A stretch of DNA of 32,000 bases from Candidatus Saccharimonadota bacterium (GTDB lineage Bacteria > Patescibacteriota > Saccharimonadia > Saccharimonadales > Saccharimonadaceae), in contig JBDSDX010000001.1 of the NCBI GenBank assembly GCA_039920285.1, positions 360,001 through 392,000 on the forward strand, read 5' to 3'. The translations under genes were made by a program, and so were the position numbers. The notes under the pieces are model-generated. The model was given only the letters and a program-made list of their open reading frames with translations. It made no database searches and was not told the origin of the DNA. Of this stretch, positions 25,011 to 32,000 are shown one piece after another; position 1 is the stretch's first letter, and each line of letters starts with the position of its first letter.

Positions 25011-25245
25011 AGCACATTTTGTGATTCTGTCTACTAGTAGTGATTTACCAAGGTGAAACTTGAATAAAAAGCTGTCAGCGAGTGGGAAGATCAGGACGCA
25101 AATGAGCCTACCAAAACTGTCGTACGGGTACCGAAACTCTTTCAATTAACTAATCGGTCGACATGTACCCCTTTCTCCATTAGGAGAAGCTAAGACTTAG
25201 TAAGGTAGAGCCCTCGCGAGTAATCCGAGCGGCAGGAGAACGATA
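25011..25245 (+). promoter_or_regulatory. Structured 5' leader of about 235 nt, riboswitch-like, class undetermined
   Basis: No ORF in this stretch. ttctcc (25173-25178) can pair with ggagaa at 25183-25188 or with the RBS ggagaa at 25235-25240. Also has a long-range helix gggtac (25126-25131) / gtaccc (25165-25170) and a gcc-ctcg...cgag-c-ggc hairpin just before the RBS. Confidence 0.35.
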
Positions 25246-26391
25246 ATTCGTAATCAGATCACGTCGAGCTCAGCTCTTCAAGGATCAGTTGCTCTTTCAG
25301 AGCAACAGCCAATTGTCCGATCAAGCCGCAAGGCGAAGAATCGGATCAAATCGTCCACTATCGCCGTATATTCGAGTATTTTTGTACTCCTTGTTGTCCT
25401 CATCGCGATTGGATACCGGGCACCTCAACAGGTGTCAGGTGTTGCCAACACCGCGACCCTCCCAGGCAACTTAAGTAATGATCAAGAGAAGGCGACCGTC
25501 AATGACGTTGTCGCCACTAATATTGCTGCCAGCGTCGCTGCTGCGACTAATCTTTCAGTTGCACCGTCTGTTAGTAGCCTTGCTATCTCAACCCAAATTG
25601 AAAGTCAGTTACCAACTTCTGATGACTCTTCGATTTCTAAGCCATCAATTATCCAGGTTTCTGCTGCTGGCCGCAACATCGTCAGCTACACAGTTGCTGA
25701 CGGCGATACGACAGATTCAATTGCTGCTAAATTCCGTATCACAAAAGACACTCTTAAATGGGCGAATAACATGGTGTCCGATGCATTAACGGTTGGTCAA
25801 TCGATACAAATCTTGCCACGTGACGGTCTTATATACACAGTTAAAGCAGGTGATTCTGTTCAAGGAATCGCTGACAAATATAAAGCCGATTCATCTGTTA
25901 TCACGACCTACAATGATCTCGAAATCAGTGGTGTTACCCCTGGTCTTAAGATTGTTATTCCAAATGGTGACCTTCCAACCAACGAACGTCCTGGGTATAC
26001 CGCACCTGTTTCAGTTTCACGAGGCGGTGGCTTCTACGCTGGATACCGTGCTGGTTCAGTCGGTAACAAATATGCCTACGGTAACTGTACATGGTACGCT
26101 TACGAGCGTCGTGCAGCCCTTGGTAAACCAGTCGGAAGTTTCTGGGGTAACGGAGGTTCATGGAGTTATAGCGCAGCAGCCGCAGGCTACCGTGTCGACA
26201 ATACTCCTGAAGCTGGTGCTCTGCTTGTCGAACGAGGAAGCCCCGGACACGTTGCAGTCGTCGAGTCAGTTGCAGCTGACGGTAGTATCGTTGTGAGTGA
26301 GATGAATAACTCAGCATATGGCGGCTTTAATATCGTCAATAACCGTACGATTAGTGCCGGTCAAGCAACGCTTTACGTCTACGTTCACTAG
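25246..26391 (+). CDS. Membrane-anchored peptidoglycan hydrolase with 2x LysM and a CHAP domain; start probably non-canonical (ATT)
   Basis: The frame is open from 25204. AGGAGA (25234-25239) lies 6 nt before an in-frame ATT at 25246. The upstream extension encodes KAKNRIKSS plus the transmembrane helix TIAVYSSIFVLLVVLIAIGY. The ORF-track GTG at 25432 would delete this anchor. LysM motifs are YTVADGDT and YTVKAGDS. CHAP residues are GNCTWYA and GHVAVVE. Confidence 0.8.
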   Translation: MRNQITSSSALQGSVALSEQQPIVRSSRKAKNRIKSSTIAVYSSIFVLLVVLIAIGYRAPQQVSGVANTATLPGNLSNDQEKATVNDVVATNIAASVAAATNLSVAPSVSSLAISTQIESQLPTSDDSSISKPSIIQVSAAGRNIVSYTVADGDTTDSIAAKFRITKDTLKWANNMVSDALTVGQSIQILPRDGLIYTVKAGDSVQGIADKYKADSSVITTYNDLEISGVTPGLKIVIPNGDLPTNERPGYTAPVSVSRGGGFYAGYRAGSVGNKYAYGNCTWYAYERRAALGKPVGSFWGNGGSWSYSAAAAGYRVDNTPEAGALLVERGSPGHVAVVESVAADGSIVVSEMNNSAYGGFNIVNNRTISAGQATLYVYVH

Positions 26392-26411
26392 ATCAAAAAT
26401 GTCTCTTAACT

Positions 26412-26441
26412 ATTCGCCCCTGTTAATTCAGGGGCGAATTT
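26412..26441 (+). terminator. 10-bp hairpin after the hydrolase gene (short U-tract)
   Basis: attcgcccct (26412-26421) pairs with aggggcgaat (26430-26439), followed by tt. Confidence 0.5.
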
Positions 26442-26443
26442 AG

Positions 26444-26449
26444 TATAAT
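26444..26449 (+). promoter_or_regulatory. -10 box TATAAT 8 nt upstream of the obg ATG
   Basis: TATAAT at 26444-26449, ATG at 26458, no Shine-Dalgarno sequence. Confidence 0.45.
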
Positions 26450-26457
26450 AAGACAAT

Positions 26458-27756
26458 ATGTTTGTTGATACCGCCAAGGTCTATGTTCAAGCTGGTCGCG
26501 GCGGTAATGGTGCCGTCAGTTTTCGTCATGAAATTTATGTCGACAAAGGGGGACCAGACGGCGGTGATGGTGGCAAAGGTGGCGATGTTATCTTCGTCGG
26601 TACCGGTGGTCTCAACACCCTCATTGACTTTCGTTATAAGCCGGAATTAAAGGGTCAACTCGGCCAAGCTGGTGCGAAGCGCGATCGTCACGGTAAATCA
26701 GGTGATGCCATCTACGTCAAAGTCCCTGTGGGAACGATCGTTAAACGAGACGGTCGTATTATTGCTGATATTATCGAAAATGACCAAGAAGTTGTCGTCG
26801 CTAAAGGCGGTGATGGTGGATTTGGTAATGCTCACTTTAAGTCATCGGTTCGTCAAGCACCACGTATCGCTGAAAATGGCGAAGATGGCGAGACGTTTGA
26901 AGCTGAACTAGAACTGAAGCTTCTGGCTGACGTTGGTTTGGTTGGATTCCCGAATGCCGGTAAATCAACTTTCTTGAGTGTGGTGAGTAATGCTCGCCCT
27001 GAAATTGCTGATTATGCCTTCACGACCCTCTCACCAAACCTTGGTGTCGCGGATATTGATGACGGTAGTCTACTGATTGCGGACATTCCTGGCCTGATTG
27101 AAGGTGCGAGTGAAGGCAAGGGCCTTGGTGATGCGTTCCTTCGTCATGTTGAACGTACCGCGGTGCTCTTGCATCTTATTGATGCATACGAAGATGATGT
27201 TGCGAAAGCATACCAGACTATTCGACACGAACTTGCCTCATATAATGACATTCTTATTGATCGACCTGAAATTATTGCTTTGACCAAAACTGAAGGTCTT
27301 GACGAAGAAATTATTCAAATGCAAGTTGATGCGGTGAAAGCTGTTGCTGGCGACCGCCTCGTATTTGCTATCTCTTCACCAGCCCACAAGGGTATTACGG
27401 AAGTACTTCGTGCACTTCGTATTGAAGTTGAAACAATTCGTGAAGTAGAAGAACTTGATGATGAAACTGATGGTTTGCCTGTCATTTCTCTTTCTGCTGA
27501 CCAAGTTGCCTTGTCTTGGAATGTCGAGAAAGTTACCGAGAATGGACAAGAGGTCTTTCTCGTTACTGGTCACAAGATTGAGAAATTTGCTCGACGCACT
27601 CGTTTTGAAACTCATGAAGGCCTCAATCGCCTTCGAGACATTATGAAAAAAATGGGCATTGCTTACGCTTTAACCCGCGCAGGTGCGGTTGGGGATAGTG
27701 TTATCCGTATTGGTAATGATACGTTTAGCCTTGTTGAACAAGCGAACGACAACTAG
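26458..27756 (+). CDS. obg: GTPase Obg/CgtA
   Basis: 432 aa. Glycine-rich Obg fold (GGNGAVSFRHE, GGDGG), G domain (GFPNAGKST, DIPGLIEGA, TKTE) and a C-terminal OCT-like domain. Confidence 0.93.
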   Translation: MFVDTAKVYVQAGRGGNGAVSFRHEIYVDKGGPDGGDGGKGGDVIFVGTGGLNTLIDFRYKPELKGQLGQAGAKRDRHGKSGDAIYVKVPVGTIVKRDGRIIADIIENDQEVVVAKGGDGGFGNAHFKSSVRQAPRIAENGEDGETFEAELELKLLADVGLVGFPNAGKSTFLSVVSNARPEIADYAFTTLSPNLGVADIDDGSLLIADIPGLIEGASEGKGLGDAFLRHVERTAVLLHLIDAYEDDVAKAYQTIRHELASYNDILIDRPEIIALTKTEGLDEEIIQMQVDAVKAVAGDRLVFAISSPAHKGITEVLRALRIEVETIREVEELDDETDGLPVISLSADQVALSWNVEKVTENGQEVFLVTGHKIEKFARRTRFETHEGLNRLRDIMKKMGIAYALTRAGAVGDSVIRIGNDTFSLVEQANDN

Positions 27757-27762
27757 AAATCA

Positions 27763-27791
27763 TTGACTTTATAGCCAATTAGTGCTATAAT
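27763..27791 (+). promoter_or_regulatory. Near-consensus sigma70-type promoter TTGACT-N17-(TGc)TATAAT
   Basis: TTGACT at 27763-27768, a 17-nt spacer, TG at 27783-27784 and TATAAT at 27786-27791. It is the only promoter in the window with both a good -35 element and an extended -10. Confidence 0.6.
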
Positions 27792-27797
27792 TGTATT

Positions 27798-28220
27798 AAC
27801 TCTTATGGAAATGCTTTGCATTGTCATCAGAGTCGCCTTCCGTAGGCCTTGGAGATTCATCTCCTCATGGTTCGGCCATGGGGTGGGTTCGTCCCGAGAG
27901 CGTCTAACGCCTCGAACGACCAGCTTGAAGCGCGACGTCAATCCGCTCGCTGAGTATTGTGGTGATCGTGAAGCTTCCTGCTACGACACCCATAGCCCAC
28001 CTCCTGGTCCTACGGATCAAAAATCTTTGCCAATCGGCTGCCCGCGACCCCCCGTCAGGGGCGCCAACCGGTAAAGATGGGACCTCCTCGAGGTTCCAGT
28101 GACCGCGGATGCGGTGAATGAGAAGGACTCCCCCCAGTCCTATGCCCCCAGCCTCTTCACCCTCCGCGGTCACACCCGCACACTCTTTCGATCTTTGCAC
28201 ACCCAAGTGGTGTGTTTTTT
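27798..28220 (+). ncRNA. Unclassified GC-rich structured RNA of about 420 nt
   Basis: Has its own promoter and a terminator (cacacc/ggtgtg plus T6, 28198-28220). Hand counts give 60-68% GC. Several strong helices are present, including an 11-bp perfect stem 28099-28109/28163-28173 and a 9-bp stem 28023-28031/28070-28078. There are C-rich loops. I found no tmRNA, RNase P or SRP hallmarks. Confidence 0.55.
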
Positions 28221-28228
28221 GTTATGCT
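28220..28228 (+). promoter_or_regulatory. Extended -10-like box TGtTATGCT 6 nt upstream of the sbcB ATG
   Basis: TG at 28220-28221, TATGCT at 28223-28228, ATG at 28235. It overlaps the end of the terminator T-tract. Confidence 0.35.
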
Positions 28229-28234
28229 AGAGGT

Positions 28235-29653
28235 ATGGCCCAAACTTTTTTCTTTTACGACCTTGAGACTTCAGGGCTGAGTCCGCGCGACGATCGTGTG
28301 ATGCAATTTGCTGGTATCCGAACCGACATGAATCTCAAAACGATCGGGGAACCTTATAACATTTTAGTGAAATTAAATGATGACGTATTGCCAAGTCCTG
28401 ATGCTTTGATGGTAACTGGTATTACCCCACAATCAACGATTGAAGATGGATATACAGAAGCTGAATTTGCAAGAATGCTGACAGAAGAAGTCTTCACACC
28501 TGATACGATTTCCGTGGGATTTAATAATATTCGTTTTGACGATGAATTTATTCGGCATCTTCTTTGGCGTAACTTCTATGATCCATATGAATGGGCGTGG
28601 AAAGATGGTCGTTCACGTTGGGACTTGCTCGACGTGGTACGTATGACTCGGGCGCTTCGACCTGAGGGTATTGAATGGCCATTCGTTGACGGTAAAGAGA
28701 GTAACCGACTTGAGCTCTTGTCAAAGGTTAACAAGATTGACCACGAAAAGGCACACGATGCACTCAGTGACGTCGAGGCTTTAATTGCAGTGACGGGATT
28801 AATCAAAGAAAAACAGTCACAACTTTATAATTATCTGTTGAAACTAAGAGATAAGAAAGAAGTGAAAGGTCTTGTGAATCTTGACGATAAGCAACCTTTT
28901 GTCTATGTGAGTGGCCGCTTTGACGGCCAATTCCATAAAGCAACTGTCTCATTCCCTTTAACGAGTGGCAGGAACGGTAATGTGATCGTGTATGATCTTC
29001 GAGATGACCCAACGCCATTTGTTACTCTTTCTCAAAAAGATATCGAGAGTCGTATTTTCGCTAAATGGGAAGACCGCCAAAAAGATGACTTTGTGAATAT
29101 CCCGATTAAAGAATTGCAATATAACCGTGCGCCTGCGGTGGCACCACTTGGTGTTCTCGAACAGTCTGATGGATGGAACCGGATTGGTCTTAGTGAAGAT
29201 ATCGTGACAAAACACCGAAATATTTTGTTGGCACATCCTGGATTTGCCGAAACGATTCGCAGTATCTTTGAGAAGAAGGCAGACTTTAAACCAGCAACCG
29301 ACCCTGAAGGTCAGCTATATGATGGGTTTGTCGGTGATATGGATACAATGCGTATTGAAAAAGTTCGTCAATCTGATGAACAGGCCCTGGCTGATTTGCA
29401 CCCTGAATTCGTTGACGAACGATTACCTAAATTACTTTTGCATTACAAAGCGCGTAATTATCCACGTAGTTTAGCCGAGGATGAAGCGATGGCATGGGAA
29501 GAATGGCGCGCACAGCACATTCAAAAGCAACTTCCGATGTTTTTGAAACGACTCCAGGCAGTCTCTAGTGTGACCACTGACGACAACAAGCAGTTCATCT
29601 TACAAGAGCTGCAACTATGGGCTGAGAGTATCGTTCCAATCGACGCTGATTAG
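28235..29653 (+). CDS. sbcB: Exodeoxyribonuclease I
   Basis: Strong similarity throughout to E. coli ExoI as I recall it (FFFYDLETSG, GFNNIRFDDEF, RNFYDPYEW, SRWDLLDV, RPEGIEWP, HDALSDV). I placed the start at the ATG at 28235, not the ORF-track start at 28118. Confidence 0.9.
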   Translation: MAQTFFFYDLETSGLSPRDDRVMQFAGIRTDMNLKTIGEPYNILVKLNDDVLPSPDALMVTGITPQSTIEDGYTEAEFARMLTEEVFTPDTISVGFNNIRFDDEFIRHLLWRNFYDPYEWAWKDGRSRWDLLDVVRMTRALRPEGIEWPFVDGKESNRLELLSKVNKIDHEKAHDALSDVEALIAVTGLIKEKQSQLYNYLLKLRDKKEVKGLVNLDDKQPFVYVSGRFDGQFHKATVSFPLTSGRNGNVIVYDLRDDPTPFVTLSQKDIESRIFAKWEDRQKDDFVNIPIKELQYNRAPAVAPLGVLEQSDGWNRIGLSEDIVTKHRNILLAHPGFAETIRSIFEKKADFKPATDPEGQLYDGFVGDMDTMRIEKVRQSDEQALADLHPEFVDERLPKLLLHYKARNYPRSLAEDEAMAWEEWRAQHIQKQLPMFLKRLQAVSSVTTDDNKQFILQELQLWAESIVPIDAD

Positions 29654-29901
29654 GCGCGACTACGAATACGGAGAGAAAAGCGTTCGCTTAATTGCAAAAT
29701 AAAGCGAGCACTGACGCGTGCCATGACGAAGCCGATAAGAAGCGCGAAACCTTCCATCATGACTTCAGCACTGAGAGCGGTAGAGGTACCAGGGATAACG
29801 CCAGCGAGTAAAAACATCATGAATGCGTGACCAGCATTCATGCTGTCCAAGATAATCAGTCCCGAAAGAACGAGACAAGTGATGATGATAATTCTTCGCA
29901 T
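29650..29901 (-). CDS. Small hydrophobic membrane protein
   Basis: 83 aa counted from the ATG at 29901, with AGAGG 7 nt upstream. Has 2-3 predicted transmembrane segments. The longer ORF-track start at 30093 would run across the uvrA promoter region. Confidence 0.55.
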   Translation of the reverse strand: MRRIIIITCLVLSGLIILDSMNAGHAFMMFLLAGVIPGTSTALSAEVMMEGFALLIGFVMARVSARFILQLSERFSLRIRSRA

Positions 29902-29927
29902 TTCCGTACCTCTGTAAAGTTTTATGA

Positions 29928-29936
29928 AATATACCA
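29928..29936 (-). promoter_or_regulatory. Extended -10 box TGgTATATT (minus strand) for the small membrane protein
   Basis: The reverse complement of 29928-29936 reads tggtatatt. The 5' UTR of about 20 nt contains AGAGG. Confidence 0.35.
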
Positions 29937-30001
29937 CTTGAGACACATCGATGCAAGCATAAGCTTCCTTCAACGGTCTGGTAAAAAATGAAAATGAAGC
30001 G

Positions 30002-30007
30002 TATAAT
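30002..30007 (+). promoter_or_regulatory. -10 box TATAAT immediately upstream of uvrA
   Basis: TATAAT at 30002-30007. ATGs at 30011 and 30017 lie 3 and 9 nt downstream. Confidence 0.4.
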
Positions 30008-30010
30008 CGT

Positions 30011-32000
30011 ATGGTTATGTCAGAGGTAATTAAGGTCGTCGGCGCACGCGAACATAATCTTAAAAACATCAGTGTTGAGATTCCGCGTGACAAACTTGTC
30101 GTAATAACTGGACTCAGTGGGTCTGGTAAATCTTCGCTTGCGTTCGATACAATCTATGCCGAGGGACAGCGACGTTATGTTGAAAGTCTTTCAAGTTACG
30201 CTCGTCAATTCTTGGGATTAATGGAAAAACCTGATGTTGATCAGATTGATGGACTGAGTCCAGCGATCAGTATCGACCAAAAGTCTACCAGTCGAAACCC
30301 TCGCAGTACCGTTGCAACCGTGACTGAAATCTATGACTATCTTCGTCTTTTGTTTGCTCGTATTGGTATTCCACACTGTCCAGTCTGTGGCAAACCAGTC
30401 ACTCGTCGAACACCTGATGATATCATCGATGAGGTAATGAAATTAACATCTGGCGCACGTTTGATGATATTGGCACCAATCGTCAAAAGTAAAAAAGGCG
30501 AGTTTGCGCATATTCCTGAACAATACAGTCGTCTTGGCTTTGCGCGTGCTCGTGTTGACGGTGTTATCTATGCACTCGATGAGTTTCCAGAACTCGACAA
30601 AAAGTTCAAACACGATATTGAAATTGTTGTTGACCGTATCGCACTGAGTGACGATGTTCGTTCACGTATTGCACAGTCAGTCGAACAATCACTTGATATT
30701 GCTGATGGTGTTGTTCAGATTCTCGATGTCGACGCTGAAAATACCTATGTCTATAGTCAACGCTACGCTTGTGTCGATCACCCAAATGAAGAAATTCCCG
30801 AACTTGAACCACGACTCTTTAGCTTTAACGCGCCTCAGGGTGCTTGCCCAGTCTGTACTGGTCTTGGTAACCGACTTGAAGTTGATCCTGAGCTTGTTTT
30901 CAACCCGAGCTTGACGATTGCGGAAGGTGCGATTCGTCCATACAATCGCGTCAATAGTGACGCATGGTACATGAAACGATTGCAAGCAGTGGCAGAACGT
31001 CATGGCTTTAGTCTTCGTGTTCCTGTTAAAGAATTAAACGATGAAGCGATTCAAAAGATTCTGTATGGAACGGGAGAAGAAAAATACCGTGTCTCACTTG
31101 GCGACGGACGTGCGTATGATGCTGCCTATGAAGGAGTTATCCCGAATCTTGAGCGCCGTTTCAAGGAAACTGATAGCGACTTTATGCGCCGCGATATTGA
31201 ACGTTTCATGCGTGAACGAGAATGCCATGCCTGTCATGGTGCACGTTTGAAGCCGGTCGTTTTGGCGGTGACTGTTCATAATTTGAATATTATGGATATC
31301 TGTAATCTTGGTGTTGATGCAGCACTCGATCTCTTAACAAACAATCTGAAACTCAATGATCAAGAACAGTTCATTGCGGCCCAGATTATGAAGGAAATTA
31401 ATGCTCGGCTTGGATTTATGAGTAACGTTGGGTTGAGTTATCTTGAACTGTCACGTGCCGCCAATACACTTTCCGGCGGTGAAGCACAGCGTATTCGTCT
31501 TGCAACTCAAATTGGTTCAGGGCTTCAAGGGGTCTTGTACGTATTGGACGAACCTTCAATCGGTTTACACCAACGCGATAATGATCGTTTAATTGCGACA
31601 CTGAAGCATCTGCGTGATCTTGGAAATACTGTCTTGGTTGTTGAACACGACGAAGACACGATTCGCCACGCTGACTACCTACTTGATATTGGGCCTGGCG
31701 CTGGTATCGCTGGTGGTGAGGTTGTTGCCGCAGGAACTCCTGAAGAAGTTGCCAATAACCCCAATAGCATCACAGGTCGCTATTTGAGTGGTGTCGAGAA
31801 AATCGAAGTGCCAAAGAAGCGACGTGCAGTACAAAAAGACCGTAACCTGATTATAAAAGGTGCGCGTGAAAACAATCTTAAGAACATTGACGTGACGATT
31901 CCGCTTGGTTTGATTACTGTCGTGAGTGGTGTGAGCGGCTCAGGCAAATCAACACTCATTAATGATATCTTAGCGAAGGAACTATCGGCTCGTCTTCACC
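30011..32000 (+). CDS. uvrA: Excinuclease ABC subunit A (partial, continues past the window end)
   Basis: This ORF is absent from the ORF track because no stop occurs within the window. My translation reads M(VM)SEVIKVVGAREHNLKNISVEIPRDKLVVITGLSGSGKSSLAFDTIYAEGQRRYVESLSSYARQF. It also contains zinc-finger cysteines (CPVCG, CHACHG) and the ABC signature LSGGEAQR. The start could be 30011 or 30017. Confidence 0.93.
   Translation, partial: MVMSEVIKVVGAREHNLKNISVEIPRDKLVVITGLSGSGKSSLAFDTIYAEGQRRYVESLSSYARQFLGLMEKPDVDQIDGLSPAISIDQKSTSRNPRSTVATVTEIYDYLRLLFARIGIPHCPVCGKPVTRRTPDDIIDEVMKLTSGARLMILAPIVKSKKGEFAHIPEQYSRLGFARARVDGVIYALDEFPELDKKFKHDIEIVVDRIALSDDVRSRIAQSVEQSLDIADGVVQILDVDAENTYVYSQRYACVDHPNEEIPELEPRLFSFNAPQGACPVCTGLGNRLEVDPELVFNPSLTIAEGAIRPYNRVNSDAWYMKRLQAVAERHGFSLRVPVKELNDEAIQKILYGTGEEKYRVSLGDGRAYDAAYEGVIPNLERRFKETDSDFMRRDIERFMRERECHACHGARLKPVVLAVTVHNLNIMDICNLGVDAALDLLTNNLKLNDQEQFIAAQIMKEINARLGFMSNVGLSYLELSRAANTLSGGEAQRIRLATQIGSGLQGVLYVLDEPSIGLHQRDNDRLIATLKHLRDLGNTVLVVEHDEDTIRHADYLLDIGPGAGIAGGEVVAAGTPEEVANNPNSITGRYLSGVEKIEVPKKRRAVQKDRNLIIKGARENNLKNIDVTIPLGLITVVSGVSGSGKSTLINDILAKELSARLH

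Noticed and set aside
25040-25245. A confident call of a ydaO/c-di-AMP riboswitch in the hydrolase leader
   Set aside because: Only scattered motif-like fragments are present, in non-canonical order, and I cannot reproduce the pseudo-twofold architecture by eye. I downgraded it to an unclassified riboswitch-like leader pending a covariance-model search.
25289-25474. ORF 25289..25474 (TTG start, 61 aa) as a gene or leader peptide
   Set aside because: It is an alternative frame over the N-terminal anchor coding region of the hydrolase. Its product is Ser/Arg/Leu-rich with no features. The hydrolase frame gives a sensible signal anchor.
27826-27840. Hammerhead-like CTGATGA on the minus strand
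   Set aside because: On the minus strand, CTGATGA is followed by a stem-II-like hairpin (caatgc-aaa-gcatt). The obligatory GAAA after stem II is missing, since the sequence reads tcc.
27805-28206. ORF-track entries 27805..28074 (+, 89 aa) and 27904..28206 (-, 100 aa) as protein-coding genes
   Set aside because: They overlap each other on opposite strands in 60-68% GC DNA, where long chance ORFs are expected. Their products are Arg/Pro/Ser/Gly-rich with no motifs. The region is better explained by the strong helices. A small leaderless peptide starting at 27805 cannot be fully excluded.
27798-28220. tmRNA, RNase P RNA or SRP RNA as the identity of the GC-rich RNA
   Set aside because: There is no GGGG...UUCGAC 5' end, no T-arm plus CCA-type 3' end, and no plausible tag reading frame ending in Ala-Ala. 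GAGGAAAGUCC and ACAGAA-CCGGCUUA are absent. There is no GGAAGGAAGCAGC domain IV motif. GGGTTCGTCCC at 27885-27895 has only a 5-nt loop, so it is not a T-loop.
28235-29653. sbcB as part of a horizontally acquired unit together with the GC-rich RNA
   Set aside because: The sbcB composition looks host-like, at roughly the same GC as neighbouring genes, and it uses the same leaderless-type start context. Nothing in the sequence ties it to the RNA apart from adjacency.

Overview
The window reads as a compact, almost entirely plus-strand block of bacterial housekeeping genes at about 45% GC (hand-counted on sample lines). In order: tRNA-Glu, pyk-pgk-tpiA, pcrA, a G5 cell-wall protein, rsmA, a type IV pilin fused to a beta-propeller, metG, a TatD-family gene, a cysteine desulfurase-DUF218-mnmA cluster, alaS, ftsA with an unknown bitopic protein, ruvX, mltG, a LysM/CHAP hydrolase, obg, sbcB and partial uvrA. 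The short aminoacyl-tRNA synthetases, the pilin, overlapping gene ends and many apparently leaderless starts suggest a reduced-genome bacterium of the CPR/Saccharibacteria type. That is inference only. I found no rRNA, CRISPR array, transposase or integrase. The features the gene list does not explain are these. (1) A roughly 420-nt, 60-68% GC, highly structured non-coding locus at 27763-28220. It has the best promoter in the window and its own terminator, and it matches no RNA class I can recognise. (2) A second GC-rich patch at the left edge, made of the 3' end of a structured RNA (1-148) and a roughly 57% GC, 200-codon ORF (271-873) with foreign codon usage. (3) A roughly 235-nt leader in front of the LysM/CHAP gene that can pair alternatively with its ribosome-binding site, plus an apparent ATT start codon. 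(4) Widespread extended -10 boxes 6-10 nt upstream of start codons. I ran no database search or RNA-folding program. All family calls rest on recognised motifs in the translated ORFs.
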